Of a stretch of DNA of 64,000 nucleotides, positions 51,510-62,453 are shown in pieces. The notes under the pieces were generated by a model. It worked only from the letters and a program-made list of their open reading frames with translations, did not search any database and was not told the origin of the DNA. The position numbers were made by a program, and so were the translations under genes. The number at the start of each line of letters is the position of its first letter. Positions within the stretch are counted from its first letter, which is position 1. Origin of the DNA: Ascidiella aspersa (lineage: Eukaryota); contig OZ004612.1 in NCBI GenBank assembly GCA_963924565.1, forward strand, positions 12,338,001 through 12,402,000, read 5' to 3'.

Positions 51510-54297
51510 ATGGAGAAGGTCTCCGTTTGCGGCCCATGGTATTTTCAATATCATAATTATGATGTTAGTTTTGTTCGTGTTAACACAAGTGTGTGCAAAA
51601 CGTGGATTTACTTTCATAAAAAGGTAAAGTTTCAAAGTATATATAATAGTATAATTATATCAACTTAAACTAACTCATTTTTTTTCATTTTAATTAACGA
51701 CTTTAATTCGTGCGTTAAAATATGTAATAAATATACGTTGTAGGCCTAAAGTAAACGTTGTAGCGAGAAACAAAATATTATTTAGTTCTGCATATCGACT
51801 TAAATTGAAGCTGCGAAACACTCCAGCAGTTGCCGCGCAGTTTCACACAAGTTTGGAAGGACAACGCCGGGTTTGTTTTTTGCAAATATCGAATAAAAAA
51901 TGTACTGGCAGCAAACCTTACGATGTTTTTTTGTAGGCATCTACTAATTTGGATGATAAGGACACGGTTACATATCTTTCAAAATGTTTATACAATAAAA
52001 ATGCTTCTAAGGACGTGCAGTTTTTCAATGGTACAGGTAAATCATAAATTATAAATAGATAAGTAGCGAGGCTTGACGAAACCATGCGTTTGCTTTAAAA
52101 TTAAAGGACTTATAGAGCCATTTTAACGAATTCTAAAATACGTAACGAAATTAATATTTATTGTTCAATCCTTTAGCTTAATTAATAGTTTTGCTGTTGG
52201 TCTACTAATAGCCTAATACAGTAACTAATTTCGATTTAATAATATTGGGTAGCACTGCGATATGGAATCATTACTATTTTTCAGTCAATTTTCACTTTTA
52301 TTTTTTAAGAAATGCCGGAAGAATATAAACAGGAAAATCCAATTGACGAGCCACTTCCTTGCATGTTGTTTTCCTCATATTTAACGGCTGTTAAACCACA
52401 ACAATATAAGGAAACCACACGACATGTCTCTGTCCAACCCTCCCTTACTATGGTATGCCATGTGGAAACGACTCCTTCTAGAGTCCCAGTTAACGAGACT
52501 ATTCCCTTCAAGTTGCTGAAACCGATTCCTTCAAGAGTCCCAGTTATGGAAGCTACTCCTTCCAAGTTGCTCAAACCGACTCCTTCTAGAGTCCCAGTCA
52601 AGGAGGCTGCTCCCTCAAGGTTGCTAAAACCGACTCCTTCTAAAGTCCCAGTTATGGAAGCTACTCCTTCCAAGTTGCTCAAACCGACTCCTTCTAGAGT
52701 CCCAGTCAAGGATGCTGCTCCCTCAAAGTTGCTGAAACCGACTCCTTCTAGAGTCCCAGTTATGGAAGCTACTCCTTCCAAGTTGCTGAAACCGACTCCT
52801 TCTGGAGTCCCAGTTAAGGAGGCTACTCCTTCCAAGTTGCTGAAACCGACTCCTTCTAGAGTCCCAGTTAAGGAGGCTGCTCCCTCCAAGTTGCTGAAAC
52901 CGACTCCTTCAAGAGTCCCAGTTAAGGAACCTACTCCCTCCAAGTTTATGATGAAACCGACTCCTTCTAGAGTCCCAGTTAAGGAGGCTACTCCTTCCAA
53001 GTTGCTGAAACCGATTCCTTCAAGAGTCCCAGTTATGGAAGCTACTCCTTTCAAGTTGCTCAAACCGACTTCTTCTAGAATCCCAGTTAAGGAGGCTGCT
53101 CCTTCCAAGTTGCTGAAACCGACTCCTTCTAGAGTCCCAGTTATGGAAGCTACTCCTTCCAAGTTGCTGAAACCGACTCCTTCTGGAGTCCCAGTTAAGG
53201 AGGCTACTCCTTCCAAGTTGCTGAAACCGACTCCTTCTAGAGTCCCAGTTAAGGAGGCTGCTCCCTCCAAGTTGCTGAAACCGACTCCTTCAAGAGTCCC
53301 AGTTAAGGAACCTACTCCCTCCAAGTTTATGATGAAACCGACTCCTTCTAGAGTCCCAGTTAAGGAGGCTACTCCTTCCAAGTTGCTGAAACCGACTCCT
53401 TCTAGAGTCCCAGTCAAGGACGCTACTACTTCCAAGTTGCTGAAACCGATTCCTTCAAGAGTCCCAGTTATGGAAGCTACTCCTTTCAAGTTGCTCAAAC
53501 CGACTTCTTCTAGAATCCCAGTTAAGGAGGCTGCTCCTTCCAAGTTGCTGAAACCGACTCCTTCTAGAGTCCCAGGGAAGGACGCTACTCCTTCCAAGTT
53601 GCTGAAACCGATTCCTTCAAGAGTCCCAGTTATGGAAGCTACTCCTTTCAAGTTGCTCAAACCGACTTCTTCTAGAATCCCAGTTAAGGAGGCTACTCCT
53701 TCCAAGTTGCTGAAACCGACTCCTTCTAGAGTCCCAGTTATGGAAGCTACTCCCTCCAAGTTGATGATGAAACCGATTCCTTCTAGAGTCCCAGTTAAGA
53801 AGGCTGCTTCCTCCAAGTTGCTGAAACCGACTCCTTCTAGAGTCCCAGGAAAGGAAGCTACTCCTTTCAAGTTGCTCAAACCGACTTCTTCTAGAGTCCC
53901 AGTTATGGAAGCTACTCCTTCCGAGTTGCGAAAACCGACTCCTTCTAGAGTCCCAGTCAAGGATGCTGCCCCCTCAAAGTTGCTGAAACCGACTCCTTCT
54001 AGAGTCCCAGTTAAGAAAGCTACTCCCTCCAAGTTGATGATGAAACCGATTCCTTCTAGAGTCCCAGTCAAGGATGCTGCCCCCTCAAAGTTGCTGAAAC
54101 CGACTCCTTCTAGAGTCCCAGTCAAGGACGCTACTACTTCCAAGTTGCTGAAACCGATTCCTTCAAGAGTCCCAGTTATGGAAGCTACTCCTTCCAAGTT
54201 GTTGAAACCGACTGCTTTTGGAGTCCCAATCCCGGAGGCCTACTATTCCAAAACGGCAAATGTCTGCTTCCAAGTTGCTCAAGCTGACTATTGTTAG
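51510..54297 (+). CDS. Predicted 733-aa basic Lys/Pro/Ser/Thr-rich repeat protein (18-aa repeats, about 38 T-P-x-K/R motifs)
   Basis: Three-exon model 51510-51623 (AAG|GTAAAG), 51937-52036 (TTGTAG| ... CAG|GTAAAT), 52310-54297 (TTTTTTAAG|) joins in frame with ORF 52312-54297. An in-frame TGA lies just upstream of the ATG. No homology recognised. Confidence 0.6.
52468..54215 (+). repeat. 54-bp minisatellite array A (~32 units; 57-bp variants)
   Basis: Consensus AAGTTGCTGAAACCGACTCCTTCTAGAGTCCCAGTTAAGGAGGCTACTCCTTCC. All length variants seen are +3 nt. A 381-bp, 7-unit higher-order duplication is visible (52921 vs 53302). Confidence 0.97.
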
Positions 54298-55292
54298 CGT
54301 TTCAGCCCAAGATGGGCACTCCACGCAAAAACTGAAACAATTGCTTCCAGAGTCATAATTAAAATGTTTCCTGGTTTGAAATAGCGAGTCAAACCAGTGA
54401 CAATTGTGGCCTTTCGGGCTCTTGTTGATATTATTGATTGCTTTGTGTGTTTACCGTTTATTCGCAAATATATCGCTTGAATATTATATGTGGTTGTGTT
54501 TTTTTAACCTCATGGCTAGAAGTATTAGGCTGTTTATTTTTTTTATATATCCAAGTTTTAATTTATTTACTTCTCTTATGAAAACTGTTAAAATCAAAGA
54601 ATTTGTTTATTACTAGCTTGCCTTATAGCTAGCATAATACAATGTTCAAACGAGCACGATTTTTATTAGCAAAACTGTCAAACACCGCTAACTTGCAGTT
54701 TAAATTGAACCGCGATCAGAAAAAGGTTGCTGAAACCTGGCCTAGAATATTGAATTCATGTTATCCAGAAGTTACCACAAGACTTATATATTTTAGTAAC
54801 TTGCGAAATACCTAGCTAGTTGTTTGCAGGGTCATTCCTATATATTTCAATCCAATTCAATATATGTTCGACACATCAATATTTACCTCCAGCATCCGTT
54901 TTATCGGTCCACGACATTGTGTTATCTAACTGAGGAATCTTATTAGCATAGTGACTTGAATTCGTCAACTCAAGTTCGAATTAACTTCAATTATAGTTTT
55001 AAGAAGGCGTGCAAATTCTCGGGTAAAACTTAAAAGTGACATAAACGCAGATTATATATATATATATATATATATTAAATAGGCGTACAACACACGGCAT
55101 TTTATAATGCAAAACCAAACGCGTTGCTGTTTTTATCAAGTAACTAATTTTAACGGCGAAGTGCCAAATTTGGTTAAAATAACCTATTGTTAAAAATACA
55201 CCTAATGAGCAACACCAATTCAAATTTCACTGTAATCGCTAGTTAGCTTTTATTCGGCGACAAACTCCCGAAAAAGACTCAATTTCATTTCG

Positions 55293-56517
55293 CTAACACC
55301 GGATCATGACCTTTATCGCCCTCTGGTGTGGATCGGAAGCAGTTACGAAAGCGTCGTTTGCAGATTGCAAGTCAAACCGATGAGTGATGAGACGTTCCAC
55401 GTCGATGGCTCCCGAGGCGACCAACTCTATTGCTTCTGGATACCTTTACAACCATAGTTGGTTTGTTTGGTTATGGCAGCGATTGTAACTTTAGATGCGG
55501 TTAGGCAAATTGTTTTTTCGAATATTATACTTAAATTCACGATATTTTATGTGACGCCACATATTTTGAGCATAAACTGATTTTTCTAGGCAGTTTTGTT
55601 GAAAGACTTGCGTTTAAGGCAACGTTAACTTTTAAAAATCTTGCAAGCACTTTTAAAATGACAAACAAGTATTGATATCAATTGAAAACAAAGTCATATA
55701 TCATTTGCGGTTGAAAAAAGCAAAACTGCTTTTGGCGAGTCCGGTGTTGTTTTCCTGAACTAAACGTATAATAATATATTTAGTCTTCTGACAAAAGCGA
55801 TAAACAAATATATAAAATACGTCGTCTGGCAAAAGAGTGACGTACAAATATAAAATAGGAATTATATTACGTGTTGGCGTAACGAAATATCCCCTTGATG
55901 TCGATTTCAAAGGTTCCGGCCCGAACCATGGCGACAGGAACCTCGGCGGATCCTCTTCCGACCAGCAGAACGCAACCTCCAGGCCTACACACCTGTACAT
56001 TTGGAAAGTCAAGGGCTGTTTTACTAAGGAACGCTTAAGAGATATAAACCGCATTTGTGGCGAATTCATGTTTTGCGCACAGATTCTCCACTCTTTAGTT
56101 GAAAATTATTGTTACTAGATTACTGAATTAACAAAACCTCGTGAGAAGTTTGATCTTATAAACCTTTTTTTCTAAAAAGCAGGTTTGTAGAATGTTAGCC
56201 AATTGAGAATACACATTTTATCCGTTAACAAAGACAGCTTTTTTTTCGAAGATAAATTCCCTGAGAGACTCGTCTAAACAAATAACGTAGCTCATTTCCA
56301 ACCAAAATGGCACACTTTTATATTAACCGAATAAGAAATAAAGTAAATACCAAGAAATGCGTATAATCACTAGAAAAAATCTATTTGTGAGAAGCAAGTA
56401 AACAATATTTTTTTGCGTATATCATTCGCAATTTAAAACTGTACGTTGTACGTATCTATGACATTATGACATAGAAATCAGCATTTTCGCTTACATAAAC
56501 TCCAGTTTTTAAGCTCA
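55293..56517 (-). pseudogene. Duplicated orphan 3' end of the sorbitol dehydrogenase-like gene
   Basis: Copies of the last two exons (55992-55871, 55443-55293) plus only 23 nt (56517-56495) of the preceding exon, cut by minisatellite array B. The final acceptor is AAG here and CAG in the intact copy. Confidence 0.8.
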
Positions 56518-57560
56518 GATTCCTTCTAGAGTCCCAGTTAAGAAGGCTGCTTCCTCCAAGTTGCTGAAACCGACTCCTTCTAGAGTCCCAGGAAAGGAAG
56601 CTACTCCTTTCAAGTTGCTCAAACCGACTTCTTCTAGATTCCCAGTTAAGGACGCTACTCCTTCCAAGTTGCTGAAACCGATTCCTTCAAGAGTCCCAGT
56701 TATGGAAGCTACTCCTTTCAAGTTGCTCAAACCGACTTCTTCTAGAATCCCAGTTAAGGAGGCTACTCCTTCCAAGTTGCTGAAACCGACTCCTTCTAGA
56801 GTCCCAGTTAAGGAAGCTACTCCCTCCAAGTTGATGATGAAACCGATTCCTTCTAGAGTCCCAGTTAAGAAGGCTGCTTCCTCCAAGTTGCTGAAACCGA
56901 CTCCTTCTAGAGTCCCAGGAAAGGAAGCTACTCCTTTCAAGTTGCTCAAACCGACTTCTTCTAGAATCCCAGTTAAGGAGGCTACTCCTTCCAAGTTGCT
57001 GAAACCGACTCCTTCTAGAGTCCCAGTTAAGGAAGCTACTCCCTCCAAGTTGGTGATGAAACCGATTCCTTCAAGAGTCCCAGTTAAGAAGGCTGCTTCC
57101 TCCAAGTTGCTGAAACCGACTCCTTCTAGAGTCCCAGGAAAGGAAGCTACTCCTTTCAAGTTGCTCAAACCGACTTCTTCTAGAATCCCAGTTAAGAAGG
57201 CTGCTTCCTCCAAGTTGCTGAAACCGACTCCTTCTAGAGTCCCAGGAAAGGAAGCTACTCCTTTCAAGTTGCTCAAACCGACTTCTTCTAGAGTCCCAGT
57301 TATGGAAGCTACTCCTTCCGAGTTGCGAAAACCGACTCCTTCTAGAGTCCCAGTCAAGGATGCTGCCCCCTCAAAGTTGCTGAAACCGACTCCTTCTAGA
57401 GTCCCAGTTAAGAAAGCTACTCCCTCCAAGTTGATGATGAAACCGATTCCTTCTAGAGTCCCAGTCAAGGATGCTGCCCCCTCAAAGTTGCTGAAACCGA
57501 CTCCTTCTAGAGTCCCAGGAAAGGAAGCTACTCCTTCCAAGTTGTTGAAACCGACAGCTT
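56518..57560 (+). repeat. 54-bp minisatellite array B (~19 units), 5'-truncated copy of the repeat-protein last exon
   Basis: Same unit as array A with a different unit order and the same unique C-terminal tail (AFGVPIPEAYYSKTANVCFQVAQADYC*, stop at 57640). Confidence 0.95.
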
Positions 57561-58606
57561 TTGGAGTCCCAATCCCGGAGGCCTACTATTCCAAAACGGC
57601 AAATGTCTGCTTCCAAGTTGCTCAAGCTGACTATTGTTAGCGTTTCAGCCCAAGATGGGCACTCCACGCAAAAACTGAAACAATTGCTTCCAGAGTCATA
57701 ATTAAAATGTTTCCTGGTTTGAAATAGCGAGTCAAACCAGTGACAATTGTGGCCTTTCGGGCTCTTGTTAATATTATTGATTGCTTTGTGTGTTTACCGT
57801 TTATTCGCAAATATATCGCTTGAATATTATATGTGGTTGTGTTTTTTTAACCTCATGGCTAGAAGTATTAGGCTGTTTATTTTTTTTATATATCCAAGTT
57901 TTAATTTATTTACTTCTCTTATGAAAACTGTTAAAATCAAAGAATTTGTTTATTACTAGCTTGCCTTATAGCTAGCATAATACAATGTTCAAACGAGCAC
58001 GATTTTTATTAGCAAAACTGTCAAACACCGCTAACTTGCAGTTTAAATTGAACCGCGAACAGAAAAAGGTTGCTGAAACCTGGCCTAGAATATTGAATTC
58101 ATGTTATCCAGAAGTTACCACAAGACTTATGTATTTTAGTAACTTGCGAAATACCTAGCTAGTTGTTTGCAGGGTCATTCCTATATATTTCAATCCAATT
58201 CAATATATGTTCGACACTTCAATATTTACATCCAGCATCCGTTTTATCGGTCCACGACATTGTGTTATCTAACTGAGGAATCTTATTAGCAGTTCGAATT
58301 AACTTCAAATATATTTTTAAGAAGGCGTGCAAATTCTCGGGTAAAACTTAAAAGTGACATAAACGCAGATTATATATATATATATATATTAAATAGGCGT
58401 ACAACACACGGCATTTTATAATGCAAAACCAAACGCGTTGCTGTTTTTATCAAGTAACTAATTTTAACGGCAAAGTGCCAAATTTGGTTAAAATAACCTA
58501 TTGTTAAAAAGACACCTAATGAGCAACACCAATTCAAATTTCACTGTAATCGCTAGTTAGCTTTTATTCGGCGCCAAACTCCCGAAAAAGACTCAATTTC
58601 ATTTCG

Positions 58607-60014
58607 CTAACACCGGATCATGACCTTTATCGCCCTCTGGTGTGGATCGGAAGCAGTTACAAAAGCGTCGTTTGCAGATTGCAAGTCAAACCGATGAGTG
58701 ATGAGACGTTCCACGTCGATGGCTCCCGAGGCGACCAACTCTATTGCTTCTGGATACCTGTACAACCATAGTCGGTTTGTTTGGTTATGGCAGCGATTGT
58801 AACTTTAGATGCGGTTAGGCAAATTGTTTTTTCGAATATTATACTTAAATTCACGATATTTCATGTGACGCCACATATTTTGAGCATAAACTGATTTTTC
58901 TAGGCAGTTTTGTTGAAAGACTTGCGTTTAAGGCAACGTTAACTTTTAAAAATCTTGCAAGCACTTTTAAAATGACAAACAAGTATTGATATCAATTGAA
59001 AACAAAGTCATATATCATTTGCGGTTGAAAAAAGCAAAACTGCTTTTGGCGAGTCCGGTGTTGTTTTCCTGAACTAAACGTATAATAATATATTTAGTCT
59101 TCTGACAAAAGCGATAAACAAATATATAAAATACGTCGTCTGGCAAAAGAGTGACGTACAAATATAAAATAGGAATTATATTACGTGTTGGCGTAACGAA
59201 ATATCCCCTTGATGTCGATTTCAAAGGTTCCGGCCCGAACCATGGCGACAGGAACCTCGGCGGATCCTCTTCCGACCAGCAGAACGCAACCTCCAGGCCT
59301 ACACACCTGTACATATAGAAAGTGGAGGGCTGTTTTACTAAGGAATGCTTAAGAGATATAAACCGCATTTGTGGCGAATTCATGTTTTGCGCACAGATTC
59401 TCCACTCTTTAGTTTAAAATTATTGTTACTAGATTACCGAATTAACAAAACCTCGTGAGAAGTTTGATCTTATAAACCTTTTTGTCAAAAAAAAGCAGGT
59501 TTGTAGAATGTTAGCCAATTGTGAATACACATTTTATCCGTTAACAAAGACAGCTTTTTTTTTCGAAGATAAATTCCCTGAGAGACTCGACTAAACAAAA
59601 AACGTAGCTCATTTCCAACCAACATGGCACACTTTTATATTAACCGAATAAGAAATAAAGTAAATACCAAGATTAATGTGGGATGGTAATGCGTATAATC
59701 ACTAGAAAAAATCTATTTGTGAGAGGCAAGTAAACAATATTTTTTTGCGTATATCATTCGCAATTTAAAACTGTACGTTGTACGTATCTATGACATTATG
59801 ACATAAAAATCAGCATTTTCGCTTACATAAACTCCAGTTTTTAAGCTCATATCGGCTCCGCTGCACTCTAGCGCCGCATGGCAGCCGTCGTCACCGGCGA
59901 TTTGGCGCAGTTTCTCGGCCAGCTGTTCCGGGTCCTGGTCGGAACGTTCGGCCAGATGCGTGAGATCGGCGGCGCCGAATTCCCGCGCGATTTTCAACCG
60001 GTGTGGGTCGATGT
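58607..60014 (-). CDS. SORD: Sorbitol dehydrogenase-like (Zn-dependent MDR) gene, last three exons; 5' exons not found in the window
   Basis: Exons 60014-59827, 59306-59185 and 58757-58607 are in phase: [15 protein letters not shown]...[16 protein letters not shown]|[14 protein letters not shown]...[13 protein letters not shown]|[25 protein letters not shown]...AIKVMIRC*. This matches the SORD C-terminal motifs ECTGA, EVDIKGVFRY and LVTHRF. Confidence 0.88.
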
Positions 60015-62100
60015 CTGCAACGAATTGATAGGAAACTGTAAAACGCGATGGTTGCGAAAATTTGCTGAAATAGAAGGGCGTTTCTTTATGGAATCTAAAA
60101 CCATTGGCAGTAGGTTTTTGCTTGTCGATCACTGTTCCGAATCGATGCATTCATTCGAATTAAGGAACTGACGATGTCAGTATAGGCGAAATATATTCCT
60201 TTTAACAAATTGTCTGATCCTGGTTTTACTCAGATTTTTAAATTTTGAGCATTATTTGTTTGTTTTGTTGGAATAGGTTGTTGACCTAGAGCTAAATTTG
60301 TTGCGACATTTTTTTAATAAAGCTTATATACATGTGAACTCCATACTGTTATACACAGATGCTTTGTATATTTTTAACTAGAAGTGCAGATTTGAGCCAG
60401 AATTGCGCGACACTTGCTGGCATTCCAATTGGATAAGGCCCAACATGTCAACTTTAGAATCAGGACAGGGTAATTTTTTTATAAGAAAAGGTTTTTGTTT
60501 TCACTTTTTCGGCAAATTTCTACGTTAAGCAGCGGAAACAAATTTGCAATTTCTCTTTCACAAACAGGGTGGAACACCGATTATCAGGACCAAAGGAAAC
60601 AAAAAAAACTCGAAAGTTCACCGTACTGTCTTTCAAGGGACATGGAAACAGGCTGCTTTAGTCTTAAACAGCATAAACGTGTGCTTATGAAGCGGAGATA
60701 ACGCAACCATGGGATACTACTGAGTGTACGAAAAAAGGTCCATTGTTTTAAGTTGTGTTGACTTTTGCCAAGGTTGTTCGACAATACGTATAATGTTCTT
60801 CAGTAAAATGACGCTGAAATGCGACCCAGTTCTTTGTTCAATATTTTGACATAAATTGCGTCAAGAAATAAACAAAGCGTTTTGTCCGGCGCGCGTGCTT
60901 GCTGTCACTTATAACGTATTCGAACACAAATAGTACGTAATTATGTGTTCGTATTGCGTGTTCGACAACGCAGCGTCGTTCTTCATAGCAAGCAAACTAA
61001 GTCAAAACAATTGTTTCAATATGTGAAAGTTTTCTTGAGTTGTAATTGATATCGCAATATATTGTAAAGATTTAGGGATAAGCGAGTGACGCGAAGCTTT
61101 GTAGTCATGAAGTATAATTTAAAAAAAAAAGTTTATATTTAAACACTCAAAAACTCTTAAAGTTAGATGAAGTTGGATAGTGCAAGACATGAAGGTGCCC
61201 GACATTAAGAGTAATCTTCTATTGTTTAATACCTGTGTGTTCGCACTGTGTTAACCGTCAAAATCGCATGACATAAGAGAAATTAAAATAGGAAATATTT
61301 AAACATTCATACACACGTGTAAAAACCAGTTCAGAAATTAGTGGACACAGTCAATTGTTAAGGCAAAATGTTTTTCTTTATGTGGTGTGATCGCTTTGTA
61401 TTTGTTTTTCTCCTTGTGTTTGTAATGCATTGACCTGTGTACTGTGAAGGTCGTCAGAACGTTGGAGAACAAAAAAAATTACCAGCGATGATATGTTGTT
61501 TAACATTACTGTTATAATTGATGAAAAATGTAATTATTGATAAAAAAAAAGCAACTGTACCATGAACGGTCCTTGACTTGTGTAGCTATCTATTGCCTAG
61601 CTCATCCGTTAGAGTAAAATTCTGGTATGACTCAGGCAATAAGTTTAAGTTTCATTTATTTATTAATTTTTTCTTCCACCACAAGCTGTTATTTTAAGGT
61701 GGACTTACTAAAAAAAGTCCCGGGTTTTATGTTTTCCTACGAGTCGGGCGCAAAACTGCTACAGTACTTAAACTGCTTTTTATTGCTTTTTTATTTGCTA
61801 GCCGTGCATTACGACGTCACAATATTATTTTAAAACTTCCGGAAGTCACGAACACAACCATGTGCCCGCTATTTTGGTACTACTGGGACGCTTTTCATCC
61901 TATAACCAGAAGTGCTAACACTTAGCTTCGGTTTTAGCTTGATTTTTCAGTCGCACAAAACACACATACGTTTATACCTCGAAACGTTCGATGCCGAATA
62001 ACGTGCTGTAACGCAGTAAACATCACGCCAGTTTTGGGGCATTGTGACGTAATACGAAAGGCTATAGTCGTAAACAACAACAACGATTTAAAACGTATAG

Positions 62101-62453
62101 CAGGGGTAGGCAATTATTTTTAACCGCGGGCCACATGAGAAACTTGAAATGTTGTGGGGGGCCGGGTCAAAAACAATATCTCAAATACACACTATTTGTC
62201 TGTAAAGATGCCAAGAAATAGCGTGGAACATAAAAGGAAGACAGAAGAGAAACAATTTTCGTTTAACTGTTTAAAACAGGCTATAAATAGAATTTGGCGG
62301 GGTCATGACTAGATCCGTCCCTGAAAAGAGTGTTTGCGATACCACCAAAAATATATAAACTTTTCCTTGTTTTCTCTTAGCCCTTGCATTCCAAGGAAAA
62401 TAAGCCGCGGGCCGGATTAAATTGCTCGGTGGGACGTTTGTTGCCCAGGTCTG
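62101..62453. mobile_element. hAT MITE
   Basis: CAGGGGTAGGCAA ... TTGCCCAGGTCTG termini, CGCGGGCC subterminal motifs, TSD ACGTATAG / GCGTATAG. Confidence 0.8.

Larger units (their letters stand above)
54190..59849. repeat. ~3.3-kb tandem segmental duplication (array end plus 54190-56517 repeated at ~57533-59849)
   Basis: Near-identical sequence at offsets of 3314-3343 nt (ORF 54404 = ORF 57747; 55701 ~ 59015), with scattered SNPs and small indels. Confidence 0.95.

Noticed and set aside
51406-51627. 73-aa ORF with a hydrophobic, TM-like segment
   Set aside because: Splicing in this frame runs into a stop early in the repeat exon. The overlapping frame from ATG 51510 gives the continuous model.
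52305-54197. 630-aa minus-strand ORF (and 341-aa ORF 56515-57540) as genuine genes
   Set aside because: They start at TTG with in-frame stops just upstream and have no evident splice entry, whereas the plus strand has a coherent three-exon model. Kept only as a curiosity.
56495-57540. Chimeric repeat-SORD fusion protein on the minus strand
   Set aside because: The open repeat frame stops (TGA, 56517-56515) at the junction and is out of frame with the SORD remnant.
52468-57560. CRISPR-like array
   Set aside because: Contiguous tandem units without unique spacers, no cas genes, eukaryotic context.
55701-59383. 122-aa ORFs 55701-56069 and 59015-59383 as small genes
   Set aside because: They are alternative-frame read-throughs across a SORD exon and its introns.
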